From positions 320,001-384,000 of the forward strand of contig OZ242214.1 of the NCBI GenBank assembly GCA_965206595.1: DNA of 64,000 bases, in the 5' to 3' direction. Positions 18,446-28,859 of this stretch are shown piece by piece. Numbering within the stretch: the first letter of the stretch is position 1; each line of letters starts with the position of its first letter. This DNA comes from Candidatus Latescibacterota bacterium. GTDB taxonomy: Bacteria; Latescibacterota; UBA2968; UBA8231. The notes beneath the pieces were generated by a model. The model was given only the letters and a program-made list of their open reading frames with translations, was not told the DNA's origin and ran no database searches. Both the position numbers and the translations under genes were made by a program.

Positions 18446-20083
18446 ATGAACAGCATGCCTCTGCGTGAACTCGCCGCCGCTATTATCTGTGGGATCGCCC
18501 TTGCGGCGCAGGCTGCCGACGAAACCGTTCTCGCCTCGGTGGGAGAGCGGAAAATCACATCGGAGGACCTGAGAGCCTTCGAAACTCTCGCGGGCAGGGC
18601 CGTGTCCGCGGACCTGACCCCGACGCAGCGGGACAGCGCCCTGTTGCGGGCCCTGATCGACAAGACCGTTCTCCTCGCGGAGGCCCGCCTGCGCGAGATC
18701 GAGGAGGAGCACTGGTTCGAAAGACAGCTGCAGGCCCGCGTCGACGCCCACGTCCTCGGTCTCTACAACACCGCCATGATCAACGAGCAGGTATCGGTTT
18801 CAGAGGAGGAGATGGAAGCGCATTTCAAGGCCACCCACAGGGACCGGGCGCTACGCTACGCCGGTATCCTCGTGGAGACCGGAGAGGAAGCGAGGGAGAT
18901 ACTCGATCTCGTCGGGGAAGGCGCCGACTTCGCGGAGCTGGCGAGGGAGCACAGCCTGTTCGAGAAGACGCGCGACCAGGGGGGCGACATCGGTATCTAC
19001 CTGCTCAAGGACGAAACCGATCCACCGATCCGGCCGATCTTTCAGCTCGAGGTCGGGGCCTTGTCGGAGCCGGTGTCCGCTCCCTTCCGCGGCCGCGAGC
19101 ATTTCGCCGTCTTCAGGATCCTCGACGCACTTCCCGTCGGCCTCGAGACCGTGTTCGACGAGGTCGAGCAGGAGGTCTTCGGCCGCAAGCGGGTGGAGAG
19201 AGAGCTGGCGGTCCTCGACTCGCTGCGCGATCGCCATGCTCCCGAGATCCTCGAGGAGAACGTGAGGTCCGCTTCGGGGAAGTTCGCGACGGAGGGCCTT
19301 ACCGGGGAGTTGAGGAAGATGCCGCTGTGCGCTTACGATGGCGGCGAGATCACCGTCGAGGATTACCTGACCATGGCGGGGCGCAGCGAAGAGGGCATCT
19401 CGAGCCTCGCCGATCCTGTACGGGTAGTGAAAATGTTGAACGGCGGCATCATCCCCTCCGTCCTCTTCCTCGAAGCGGCGAAGACACTCGGCCTGCACGA
19501 GAATCCGCGCACGCTGCAGTGGCGGGAGAACGCGAAGCAGGACATGCTGATCAGCACGCTGAAAAGACGGGAAGTGAACGACCTCGTGCCGGAAACCACC
19601 TTCCTGGAAGCGGAGAAGTTCTACAAGGAGCATCCGGAGAAATTCATGACCTGGGAGACCGTCGAGATCACGGAGATCATGGTGGGGGACCGGAGGCGCG
19701 CAGAGGAACTGAGAGGGGAGCTCGAATCAGGCGCAAATGCCGGAAAGATGGCGCGGCAGCAAACGATACGGGAGGGCCTCGACCATCACGACGGCCTCAT
19801 CATCCTGAACAAGGGGACCCAGTTCCGTTACGGCCGGGCGCTGTTCGAGGCGGCCAGGAAGCTCGCCCCCGGAGAGATCGGCGGCCCGGTCGAGCTCGAT
19901 GAAGGATACTCCGTGTTCAAGGTCGTCTCGAACGTTCCCCCGCAGGTCAAGCCCTTCAACGAAACCTCGCAGAAGCGGGCAAGGGCGTACGTCAGAATCG
20001 ACCGCTACCAGCGCACCTTCGTCGAATTCCTTCGGATCCTGTGGGAGCAGCACCGGGTGCAGGTGTTCGCCGATTTCCTGTAG
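18446..20083 (+). CDS. Exported parvulin-type peptidyl-prolyl isomerase / SurA-PrsA-like chaperone
   Basis: Signal peptide; GADFAELAREHS...GGDIG rotamase motif; second, degenerate rotamase domain. Confidence 0.8.
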   Translation: MNSMPLRELAAAIICGIALAAQAADETVLASVGERKITSEDLRAFETLAGRAVSADLTPTQRDSALLRALIDKTVLLAEARLREIEEEHWFERQLQARVDAHVLGLYNTAMINEQVSVSEEEMEAHFKATHRDRALRYAGILVETGEEAREILDLVGEGADFAELAREHSLFEKTRDQGGDIGIYLLKDETDPPIRPIFQLEVGALSEPVSAPFRGREHFAVFRILDALPVGLETVFDEVEQEVFGRKRVERELAVLDSLRDRHAPEILEENVRSASGKFATEGLTGELRKMPLCAYDGGEITVEDYLTMAGRSEEGISSLADPVRVVKMLNGGIIPSVLFLEAAKTLGLHENPRTLQWRENAKQDMLISTLKRREVNDLVPETTFLEAEKFYKEHPEKFMTWETVEITEIMVGDRRRAEELRGELESGANAGKMARQQTIREGLDHHDGLIILNKGTQFRYGRALFEAARKLAPGEIGGPVELDEGYSVFKVVSNVPPQVKPFNETSQKRARAYVRIDRYQRTFVEFLRILWEQHRVQVFADFL

Positions 20084-20092
20084 GCCGGCGCA

Positions 20093-21157
20093 ATGATATG
20101 GTCCCGGCTCGCACTCGCGGCCGCGGCAACGCTCGCCGCCCTCGCAGGGGGCGAGATCGCGCTGCGGCTCTTCGTTCCTCCCCGCCCGATGGTGGTGTGG
20201 CGGCAGTTCGCCGGCATCGCAGAGCGCGTCAACGCCGTGCCTGCCGAGGAGCTCTTCGCCAACGACCCCGAGCTCTTCTGGCGTTTCCGGCCCGGCCTGG
20301 AGCGGCCCGACGCCTCCGGGCCGCTGTTCGGCATCCTGTCGAACAGCCAGGGCCTGCGCGAGGACCACGAGATCCCGAGGCCGAAAGGAGAGGGGGAGAT
20401 CCGCGTCCTTTTTCTCGGTGACTCCTGTACCTTCGGGGAGTATCTGAGCCACACCGACTCCTTCGTGCAGGGAGTCGAGGACAGGCTGCGCTCCGGGGTT
20501 CCCGGCGCCGCGGTCGAGTGCATCAACGCCGGGGTTCCCGGCTACACCCTCTTCCAGGGTTGGAGGTTCCTGGAAACGGAGGGGTACGGATATGAGCCGG
20601 ATGTCGTCGTCGTCTACTTCGGGTGGAACGAAGGTGCGTCCTGGGGGGGGATGAGCGACCCGGAGCAGTACGAGGCCGTACAGGCGCAGCTGCCGGTCCG
20701 GCCCCTGCGCTGGAGCCGGATCTGCCGGATGCTGTGGCAGGCCGCGGGCTCCTCTACCCCGGCGGAAGGGGACGGGCAGGCGAGCCGGGTTCGGCGCCCG
20801 AGGTTGCGCCCTGACGAGTTCCGCGACCTGCTGGCGCGGGTCCGCGAATCGACGGGCAGCCGGGGAGTGGAGCTCCTGGTCCTCGTCGGGCCTCACCGCA
20901 ACAACATCGCCGGCATCCCGGGCAGGCGGTCGCCCTACCAGATCGAGGCGGGGGACTACTGCGGGAGCATCTCCTTCGGCAGCGCGGACGGCTGCATCGA
21001 CACCGTTCCGGCTATCCAGGCAATGGCGGCGACCCATCCCGCATCGGCGCTTTTCCACGACCCGGTCCATCCCACGGCGCGCACCAACCGGCGCATCGCC
21101 GGGCTCGTGGCAGCCAAGCTCGAACCCTGGTTGCGGGTGCGGCTGGAGTCGAACTGA
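20093..21157 (+). CDS. Membrane-anchored SGNH/GDSL hydrolase
   Basis: LGDSCTFG, NAGVPGY, FGWNE, DPVHP. Confidence 0.85.
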   Translation: MIWSRLALAAAATLAALAGGEIALRLFVPPRPMVVWRQFAGIAERVNAVPAEELFANDPELFWRFRPGLERPDASGPLFGILSNSQGLREDHEIPRPKGEGEIRVLFLGDSCTFGEYLSHTDSFVQGVEDRLRSGVPGAAVECINAGVPGYTLFQGWRFLETEGYGYEPDVVVVYFGWNEGASWGGMSDPEQYEAVQAQLPVRPLRWSRICRMLWQAAGSSTPAEGDGQASRVRRPRLRPDEFRDLLARVRESTGSRGVELLVLVGPHRNNIAGIPGRRSPYQIEAGDYCGSISFGSADGCIDTVPAIQAMAATHPASALFHDPVHPTARTNRRIAGLVAAKLEPWLRVRLESN

Positions 21158-22866
21158 TGGCGTGCAGGGCGGCGTTTCTCGCCGTAATCGGGTGCGTTCT
21201 CCTGTCGACGCCGGGCAGCGGCCGGAACGGGACCTGGGAGATCCACACCGAGCGCGGATGGTCCCTGTTCGAGGCGGGCGACTACGCCGGTGCCGAGACC
21301 TCATGGCAGGCTGCCCTGGCGATCGCCGAGTCGCGCGGTCAGGGAGACTCCCGCCTCCCGGCCAGCCTGAACAATCTCGGGCTTCTCTACTACGTCAGGG
21401 ACGAGTACGCCAGGGCGGAGCCGCTCTTCCTGCGGGCGGTCGTCCTGCAGGAGGAGACCCTCGGCCCGGTCCATCCGGAGCTGGCGCAGACGCTGAACAA
21501 CCTGGGGCTGCTGTACTACGACCAGGACCGCTACCCCGAAACCGAGGCGGCGTACGGAAGGGCGCTGGCCATTGTCGAGGAAGCCCTGGGGCCGGACCAT
21601 CCCCGGGTGGCGACGGCGCTGCACAATCTCGCCGGGCTCTACAGGGCGCAGGGTCTGAACGCCAGGGCGGAGCCGCTCTACGAGCGTGCTCTCGACATAC
21701 GCGCCAGGGCGCTGGGGCCCGACCATGCGGACCTGGCGCCGATCCTCAACAGCCTGGCCCTGCTCTACTCCGACCAGGGCCGCCTGGGAAAGGCGGAAGC
21801 GGCCCTGGCGCGAACGCTGGCGATATACAGGAATGCCTTCGGGCCCGATCATCCGGGGGTGGCGAAGACCTTGAGCAACCTCGCGGGGCTGTACTACGCC
21901 CGCGGCCGGTACGAAGAGGCGGAGCCGCTCTACGTGCGAGTCCTCGAGATTCGCGAGAAGGCCTACGGGCCGGAGCACCCGGACGTCGCGCAGTCGCTGA
22001 ACAATCTCGCCACCCTCTACCACGCCCGGAACCGCTACGCCGAGGCCGAGCCCCTGTACGAGCGCGCCCTCGCCCTCTACGAGAAGGAGCTGGGACCCGA
22101 CCATTTCGAAGTGGCTGCCTGCCTGCTGTCGGTGGCCGGGTTTCGCCGCGACCAGGGCCGGCATGCCCAAGCCGAGGCCCTGTTCAGGCGGTCGGTCGCC
22201 ATCCGCGAAAAGGCCATGGGTCCGGACCATCCCGACGTCGCCACGTCGCTGGCGGAGCTGGGGGCGTTCCTGGCCGGCCGCGGCAGGCACGGGGAAGCCG
22301 AGGAGGCGTACAGGAGAGCCCTGGAGATCCGGCAGCAGATGCTGGTGCCGGGGCATCCGGATGCAGTGGAGTCGCTGCAGACGCTGGTGGCCTTCCACCA
22401 CGGGCAGGGGCGGCATGCCGAGGCGGAATCGCTGCTCGTGAGGGCGGTCGCAATACAGGAGGAGGCGCTGGGTCCGGACCACCCCGGGATATCCCCGCTG
22501 TTGAACGGTCTGGCCGGCTTGTATTTCGCCGCCGGCCGCCACGATGAGGCCGGTTCCATGCTCGGCCGCGTCCTGGCGATCCAGGAGAAGGGGCTCGGCC
22601 CGGACCACCCTGCGGTGGCGGGAGCCCTCAACAATCTCGCCGGCCTGTACCGTCTGCAGGGCCGCTACGGCGAGGCGGAGCAGCTCCTCCGGCGCGCTCT
22701 CGACATCTACGAGGAGAAGCTGGGACCCGGCCGGGTCGAGGTGGCGCAGGCGCTCGGCAACCTCGCGGCGCTCTACCGCGCCCAGGGCCGGCATGAAGAG
22801 GCCGGTGCCCTGCTCGAGCGCGCCCGGCTCATTCGCGAGAAGAGCTCCGGGCGGAGCCGCGAGTGA
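21157..22866 (+). CDS. Secreted TPR protein with ~12 kinesin-light-chain-type 42-aa repeats
   Basis: Repeated LNNLAxLYxxQGRYxEAEPLYxRALxIxExxLGPDHP. Confidence 0.9.
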   Translation: MACRAAFLAVIGCVLLSTPGSGRNGTWEIHTERGWSLFEAGDYAGAETSWQAALAIAESRGQGDSRLPASLNNLGLLYYVRDEYARAEPLFLRAVVLQEETLGPVHPELAQTLNNLGLLYYDQDRYPETEAAYGRALAIVEEALGPDHPRVATALHNLAGLYRAQGLNARAEPLYERALDIRARALGPDHADLAPILNSLALLYSDQGRLGKAEAALARTLAIYRNAFGPDHPGVAKTLSNLAGLYYARGRYEEAEPLYVRVLEIREKAYGPEHPDVAQSLNNLATLYHARNRYAEAEPLYERALALYEKELGPDHFEVAACLLSVAGFRRDQGRHAQAEALFRRSVAIREKAMGPDHPDVATSLAELGAFLAGRGRHGEAEEAYRRALEIRQQMLVPGHPDAVESLQTLVAFHHGQGRHAEAESLLVRAVAIQEEALGPDHPGISPLLNGLAGLYFAAGRHDEAGSMLGRVLAIQEKGLGPDHPAVAGALNNLAGLYRLQGRYGEAEQLLRRALDIYEEKLGPGRVEVAQALGNLAALYRAQGRHEEAGALLERARLIREKSSGRSRE

Positions 22867-22874
22867 GGATTCCC

Positions 22875-24470
22875 CTACTGCAGGAGACGCCCCAGGGCCG
22901 AGCGGTCCGCCGGAAGCAGGGAATCGACCATCGATCTGAGGAAGGCGATCTCGCCGCGCTCGGAAAAAACGCGCCGTGCGGCCGGGTCGAGGCGGGGGAT
23001 TTGCAGGACCTGCTCCCGCACGAGGGAGGCCATATGCCGGCGCAAGGAGGCAGGCGGTTCCCTGTACGGAAGCTGGGCGAGAAAACGAATGAGGTAGTTG
23101 CGGGTGAAGACCTGGTCCCGCAGGGAGTAGCCCAGCCGCCGGGCATAGCGCTCGTAGTCGGCGAGCCCCCTTTCGCGGCGCGGCCCCCAGGCGCTGCTGA
23201 CCGGGTTCTCGGCGAGCGCCCCCATCAGGGTCCTGGCGATCAGGAAATGGCCGTACACCGTCGGGTGCAGGTACTCCGTGATCAGCTCGTTGCCGGCGAT
23301 CCCTTGCGGGGAGGCCGCGGCGAACGCCTTCTCGACGTCGTTAAGAACAACCCGCCCCCCGCTTTCCTCCGCCAGGTCGAGGATCACCTCGTTGAAGGAG
23401 GCGGGGGCGCGGAACCGCATGCGGTCGAAGTCGCGCGCCGAGGCGAACGCCTCGGCTGCCTGCGGGTAATGGCCCTGCAGGTAGCGCACCCGCCCCAGCT
23501 GGAAATGGAGGTCGGCGCATTCGGGGCGGTTCTCCAGTGCCAGGTCCGCGGCGGCCGCGGCGGCCTCCAGATTTCCCTCGCTCGCCAAGCCCTCGATCCG
23601 GTCCGACAGGCCGGAACCGTCGCACTGCGAACGCAGCGGATGGAAGTCCTTGAGGTTCGAGACCAGCGTCGACAGGACGACCGGGACGGCGTGCTCCTCC
23701 GCGAGCGCCAGCATCTCCTCGAGGTTGCGGCGGAAGTTGCGCCGCGTGGTCTCGTACCCCCGGTCCTGCGGCCCGATCTCGCGAGTCACGAGGTGCAGGC
23801 CGAACGGCTCTCTCGCAGCGCCGCCGGTTCCCCGGAAGCGCAGGCGGAAGATCAGCTCCTTGAGACCGTAGTGAATCCTGGAGCGCTGCAGGTACATGTA
23901 GAGCCGGACCCCGCGCCGGTCGTTGCCGAACTTCGCGAACGGGGTGGTGACGCCGTAGGGGCCGACGAACTCGTTATGGCCGGCGTAGATGACGATCAGG
24001 TCGGGGGAGTAGCCGGCGACCTCCCCGACGAAATCGAGCAGGCAGAAACTGTTGATCGCCGTAAGTCCGCAGTTGTTCACCTCGAAGCGCCGGGCGGGGT
24101 ACACGTCTGCGAGCATCAGCTCAATGAAGCGGGGGAAGGCGGTGTTGGGCGGGTTGGGGAAACCGGCGACAGTGGAGGCGCCGAGGACGAATATGCGCAC
24201 TGTGTTGGCCGGCTTGGGCTCCGTGAAGCCGGCGCCGCTGGCGAAATCGCGCCGGAACCGATGGGGGAAGAAGCGGTGGGCAACCTCGCGATTGGGGGTG
24301 TACCGGGTTTCCTGCCCGCGCCTCTCCTCGAGGAAGAGGCGGTTCGAGGGCCCGAGCTGCAGGAGCTGCAGCGTCGCCTCGAGAAGGAGTACGAGCCCCA
24401 CTCCCGCGAGCAGCGCCAGCGCGATTCCGCCCAGGGAGCGGAGCCTGTTTTTCGATTGATCCCGTCCCAA
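22875..24470 (-). CDS. Membrane-anchored SGNH-like hydrolase with TPR insert
   Basis: LGASTVAG, YAGHNEF, EYLHPT; one TPR unit. Confidence 0.75.
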   Translation of the reverse strand: MGRDQSKNRLRSLGGIALALLAGVGLVLLLEATLQLLQLGPSNRLFLEERRGQETRYTPNREVAHRFFPHRFRRDFASGAGFTEPKPANTVRIFVLGASTVAGFPNPPNTAFPRFIELMLADVYPARRFEVNNCGLTAINSFCLLDFVGEVAGYSPDLIVIYAGHNEFVGPYGVTTPFAKFGNDRRGVRLYMYLQRSRIHYGLKELIFRLRFRGTGGAAREPFGLHLVTREIGPQDRGYETTRRNFRRNLEEMLALAEEHAVPVVLSTLVSNLKDFHPLRSQCDGSGLSDRIEGLASEGNLEAAAAAADLALENRPECADLHFQLGRVRYLQGHYPQAAEAFASARDFDRMRFRAPASFNEVILDLAEESGGRVVLNDVEKAFAAASPQGIAGNELITEYLHPTVYGHFLIARTLMGALAENPVSSAWGPRRERGLADYERYARRLGYSLRDQVFTRNYLIRFLAQLPYREPPASLRRHMASLVREQVLQIPRLDPAARRVFSERGEIAFLRSMVDSLLPADRSALGRLLQ

Positions 24471-24491
24471 GCCTTTGCCTAGTTACTCCTC

Positions 24492-25715
24492 ATGCGACTC
24501 GCATTGTTGCTGACATGGGCGGCGCTCGCAGCCGCGGAACCCGGTGCCGCCGATACCGCCCCGGGCGAAGACCGACGACAGGAAGAGCATCTCCCGCCCG
24601 AGGCCTGCGGCGAATGCCACCGCACCGTGTACGACGGTTACCTTGAGACCTCGCACGCCCGGGCGATGCGGCCGGTCGAGCCCGGAAAGCTCGACGACCA
24701 GTTCGCCCCGGAGCACGAGTACTTCTACGTCAAGAAGGACACCGCGGGCAGCGCCTTCTTCCGGCTGGCGATTGCCGAAGCGGGGTACGAGCAGCAGATC
24801 TTCATACCGGGCGACAACGGGGCCGAGGAGCTCGTCCGGCTCCCCCTCGATCTCGAGGTGGGATCCGGCAAGTTCGCCAGAGCTTACCTGCGCTGGGACG
24901 GAGACAGGCTCTTCCTCAACCCGCTGTCCTACTACAGCGGCCCGGAGCGCTGGGCCTTCGGTCCCGGAATATTCGGCCACCTGGCGAGCATGCAGGGCGG
25001 ACGGCCGGTGACCGCGGCTTGCCTGGACTGTCACTCCGGGCATTTCGAGGTGAGGGACCGGTCGGAGTACGACGGGGCGGCGCGCCCGCTCGACCAGTAC
25101 CTGCATCCTGCCGATACCTTCGTGATGGAAAAAGCGAACTTTGTCCTGCCCATTTCGTGTGTCAAGTGTCACGGTCCCGCGCAGCGCCACGTCCGCTACC
25201 ACCGCGACAATCCCGGCGACAGTACGGCGCGCCACGTCGCCAGGATCGGCGACCTGACGCGAATTCAGCAGGTAGAGGTCTGCGGTTTCTGCCACACCCC
25301 GCCCGGGGCAGTGGTGCGCCCCCCATTCAGCTTTAGGCCGGGCGACGCCTATTCCGACTTCATCGAGCCCGCGGCGGTGGATTTCCGGGAGACGGATCCC
25401 CATGCCACGCAGGCGCCGTACCTGATGGCGAGCCAATGCTTCGAGCGCACTCCCTCGATGACCTGCACCACCTGCCACGACCCGCACCGCAACCAGCGCG
25501 GCGATCTCGCCATGTTTTCCAGGCGCTGCATGGAGTGCCACGAGCCGTCGTCGGGCAGGCACTGCACCGGGATGCCGGTGCAGGAGGCCGCGGCCCCAAC
25601 AAACTGCATCGACTGTCACATGCCGCGGCAGACGTCCTCGGCCCTGCGGGTGGTGGGCGAGCAGGGGGAGTCCCTCCCCCTGCAGATGCGAAACCACTGG
25701 ATCAAGATCCACTAG
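24492..25715 (+). CDS. Exported multiheme c-type cytochrome (7 CxxCH)
   Basis: CGECH, CLDCH, CVKCH, CGFCH, CTTCH, CMECH, CIDCH; signal peptide. Confidence 0.9.
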   Translation: MRLALLLTWAALAAAEPGAADTAPGEDRRQEEHLPPEACGECHRTVYDGYLETSHARAMRPVEPGKLDDQFAPEHEYFYVKKDTAGSAFFRLAIAEAGYEQQIFIPGDNGAEELVRLPLDLEVGSGKFARAYLRWDGDRLFLNPLSYYSGPERWAFGPGIFGHLASMQGGRPVTAACLDCHSGHFEVRDRSEYDGAARPLDQYLHPADTFVMEKANFVLPISCVKCHGPAQRHVRYHRDNPGDSTARHVARIGDLTRIQQVEVCGFCHTPPGAVVRPPFSFRPGDAYSDFIEPAAVDFRETDPHATQAPYLMASQCFERTPSMTCTTCHDPHRNQRGDLAMFSRRCMECHEPSSGRHCTGMPVQEAAAPTNCIDCHMPRQTSSALRVVGEQGESLPLQMRNHWIKIH

Positions 25716-26881
25716 TGTCATGTCGTGTAATTAACTGTACAAACAATTGAAAGTGCCGTAGGTTTCCCTTATCCCCCTTCTGAAAGGAGAGACCTATGGT
25801 GACGGGGCGTCCATTAACGCCGTTAGAGCTGAGTCCGTCGGACCGGGAACGACTGGAATCGATGGCCAAATCACGAAGTCTTCCCCACGGATTGGTGCGG
25901 CGAGCCGAGATGGTGCTGCTGGCCGCCGATGGCTGGCCCAATGAAGCGGTCGCTTCCGCGGTGGGTGTGACGCGAGCTACGGTGGGCAAATGGCGCCGGC
26001 GTTTTCTCGACAACGGACTCAATGGCTTGTATGATGAACTACGTTCAGGGGCGCCGCGATCGATCACGGACGAGCAGGTAGCCGAGGTGGTATACAAGAC
26101 CCTGAAGACCAAGCCCAAAGACGAAACACAGTGGTCGGTGCGCTCCATGGGCGAAGAAACCGGCCTGACCAAGGACGCGGTTCATCGCATTTGGCGCACG
26201 TATGGTTTGCAGCCCCATCGACACAAGCGCTTCAAGCTTTCCACCGATCCTTTCTTTGTCGACAAAGTACGGGATATCGTCGGCTTATACCTGAATCCCC
26301 CCGAGCACGCCCTGGTGCTGTGCGTGGACGAGAAGAGCCAGATCCAGGCGTTGGAACGAAGTCAGCCCATGCTGCCCCTGGGACTGGGATACGTGGAAGG
26401 GATTACGCACGACTACAAGCGGCACGGCACCACCACCCTGTTTGCCGCCCTGGACATCGCCACCGGGGAAGTGATGACCCAGTGCAAGCCCCGTCATCGT
26501 CACCAGGAGTTCCTCCAGTTCCTGCGCCACATCGAGGCCAACGTGCCCGCTGACCTCGATATTCATCTCGTCGTCGACAACTACGCCACGCATAAGCATG
26601 CCAAGGTCAAGCGATGGCTGGCACGGCGTCCCCGATTTCACCTTCACTACACTCCCACGTATGCTTCGTGGCTCAATCAGGTGGAGATCTGGTTCAATAT
26701 CCTCACCCGCCAGGCGGTTCGGCGCGATTCGTTCCGCAAGGTGTCGGAGCTCATCGAGCGAATCGAACGCTACACGGCCAAATGGAACGCCAACGCACAC
26801 CCTTTCGTCTGGACGGCTACGGCGGATTCCATCCTCGCCAAAATCAAGAGACTTTGTGAACGAATCTCTGCGACAGGACAC
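25715..26881 (+). mobile_element. IS630-family insertion sequence
   Basis: Imperfect terminal inverted repeats (GTGTCATGTCG...ACAAA versus GTGTCCTGTCG...ACAAA); TA duplicated at 25713-14 and 26882-83 within a CTAG target; lower GC. Confidence 0.9.
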
Positions 26882-26884
26882 TAG
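25796..26884 (+). CDS. IS630-family transposase
   Basis: HTH N-terminus; [35 protein letters not shown] (DDE); AAGGAG RBS. Confidence 0.95.
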   Translation: MVTGRPLTPLELSPSDRERLESMAKSRSLPHGLVRRAEMVLLAADGWPNEAVASAVGVTRATVGKWRRRFLDNGLNGLYDELRSGAPRSITDEQVAEVVYKTLKTKPKDETQWSVRSMGEETGLTKDAVHRIWRTYGLQPHRHKRFKLSTDPFFVDKVRDIVGLYLNPPEHALVLCVDEKSQIQALERSQPMLPLGLGYVEGITHDYKRHGTTTLFAALDIATGEVMTQCKPRHRHQEFLQFLRHIEANVPADLDIHLVVDNYATHKHAKVKRWLARRPRFHLHYTPTYASWLNQVEIWFNILTRQAVRRDSFRKVSELIERIERYTAKWNANAHPFVWTATADSILAKIKRLCERISATGH

Positions 26885-27038
26885 CAAGTGGATCCCTGAG
26901 GGCCGGCTTTTCCCGGACTTCGACTGCCTTCACGATCTGGCGCCGACCCGGATCGTGCCTGCCGTTTTCCGGTTGTACGGACTCGGCAGCGTTTCCGCGC
27001 CTCCAGAACCCAACGAGCCTTCTGCTTCCCGGTGTGGT

Positions 27039-28859
27039 CTACTGCTGCTCGACGGTGAGGAACTGGTTCGGCGCCACCCCTTCCATCACCTGCCGGGTGC
27101 CGTCCTGCCAGATGACCTCCAGGCTCCCCACGGCCCCGCAGTCGCCGAGCCCGAAATGCTGGCGGATGTCGTTGGCGGAGGCGTAGCTCCCGCTCGTCCT
27201 GACCTCCCGCACCTGCGTGGCCCCGCCGCAGGTGACGGCGATTCTCGATCCGACGGCATCCCTCGCCGGGGCGCCGACCAGCCGCACCGAAAGCCAGCTC
27301 CTCCCCGCAGGCAGGTCGTTGCGCAGCAGCTGCGCCGGGCCGTTGCAGTTGGTCACCAGGATGTCGAGGTCGCCGTCGTTGTCGTAGTCTCCGCGTGCGC
27401 TCCCGCGCGACACCAGCGCCGGTGCGAGGCCGGGACCGCTGGCCCCGGAGACGTCGACGAACCCCGTGCCCGGCCTGTTCTCGAACAGCTGGTTGGGCTG
27501 CTCGTATGAAATCCCTTCGTTGCCGGCGATGAAACGGACCTTGTCCTGGACGTGGCCGTTGGCCACGAACAGGTCGAGGTCGCCGTCGTTGTCCGCCTCG
27601 AAGAAGAAGGTGCCGAAACCGAGAGGTCGGTAGCTGCTCTCCGCCAGCTCCAGGAGCGGGGTCACGTCGCGGAAGCGGCCCCCCTCGTTGCGGTACAGGG
27701 TGTTGGTCTGCTTCGAGTAGTTGGTGACGAACAGGTCGTAGTCCGCATCGGCGTCGTAGTCGGCCCAGTCCACCCCCATGCCCGCTTCCGGCCTGCCGTC
27801 CCCGTTGTAGGCCGCTCCTGCGGTCAGGCCGACCTCGCGGAACCGCCCCCGGCCGTCGTTGCGGAAAAGGAAGTTCCTCACCCCGTCGTTGGCGACGTAG
27901 AGGTCGGTGTCGCCGTCGCTGTCGTAGTCCGCGGTGACCGCGCCGAGCCCTTTGCCGTCGGCGATGAGGACGCCGGCGGAGCGGGTGGCGTCCTCGAACC
28001 GGCGGCCCGTGTTGCGATAGAGAACGTCCGGGGAGCCGCGATAGCGGTCCGGACTGCAGTAGCTTCGCCGGTCCTTGCGCACCCGCACCACCGTTCCCGC
28101 CGCGGACCGGAGGCTGGCGTCCTCGACCCCGCATATGCGGTTGTTGCCGACGTGGAAGTCGACGTAGTTGACCACGTAGAGGTCGAGGAGGCCGTCGTTG
28201 TCGTAGTCGAAGAAGGCGGCCCCGGCCCCCCAGCGCGCGTCGCCGACGCCGGCCTGCGCGGTCGCCTCGGCGAACGATCCCCCCTCCGGTGCCTCGTTCT
28301 CGAACAGCGCGTTGGGCCCGTAGTTTACGACGTAGAGATCGGGGTCGCCGTCGTTGTCGTAGTCGCCGGTGGCGCATCCCATCCCGTAGCCGCGGTCGCC
28401 GGCGCCGGGAGCCGCGGCGAAACGGTCCCCCCCGTTCCTGTAGAGCCTGTTGCCCAGGGGAACAGGGCCGCGCTGGCGGACCAGGGCAACGAGGCTGTCT
28501 GCATCTCCGGGGTGTCCGGCCGCAGTGTCGCCTGCCCCCCTGACGAGATAGTGATCCGCCTTTTCATCGACGAGGTTCGCCGGGTGCAGATCCTCCCCGA
28601 TTCCCCGCAGGGGGAAGCCGTCGACGAGATAGATGTCGAGGTGTCCGTCGAGGTCGTAGTCGAGGAAGCCGCCTCCCGCTCCCATCGTCTCGATCAGGTA
28701 GTAGCGGCCCGCGGCGCCGTTCGTGTGGGTGAATCCGATCCCCGCCTCCGGCGCGGCGTCGACGAAGAAGGCGGACTGTGGGTTCGCTGCTCCGGCTGCG
28801 TCTTCGCAGCGGGCGAGCAGGGCCGCGGACGCCGCGGCCAGGATGAGGACCCGGTTCAC
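27039..28859 (-). CDS. CRTAC1-family FG-GAP propeller + ASPIC/UnbV protein
   Basis: Repeated DYDNDGxxDLYV; C-terminal SGSYASAN...QHFGLG...EVIW; signal peptide. Confidence 0.9.
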   Translation of the reverse strand: MNRVLILAAASAALLARCEDAAGAANPQSAFFVDAAPEAGIGFTHTNGAAGRYYLIETMGAGGGFLDYDLDGHLDIYLVDGFPLRGIGEDLHPANLVDEKADHYLVRGAGDTAAGHPGDADSLVALVRQRGPVPLGNRLYRNGGDRFAAAPGAGDRGYGMGCATGDYDNDGDPDLYVVNYGPNALFENEAPEGGSFAEATAQAGVGDARWGAGAAFFDYDNDGLLDLYVVNYVDFHVGNNRICGVEDASLRSAAGTVVRVRKDRRSYCSPDRYRGSPDVLYRNTGRRFEDATRSAGVLIADGKGLGAVTADYDSDGDTDLYVANDGVRNFLFRNDGRGRFREVGLTAGAAYNGDGRPEAGMGVDWADYDADADYDLFVTNYSKQTNTLYRNEGGRFRDVTPLLELAESSYRPLGFGTFFFEADNDGDLDLFVANGHVQDKVRFIAGNEGISYEQPNQLFENRPGTGFVDVSGASGPGLAPALVSRGSARGDYDNDGDLDILVTNCNGPAQLLRNDLPAGRSWLSVRLVGAPARDAVGSRIAVTCGGATQVREVRTSGSYASANDIRQHFGLGDCGAVGSLEVIWQDGTRQVMEGVAPNQFLTVEQQ

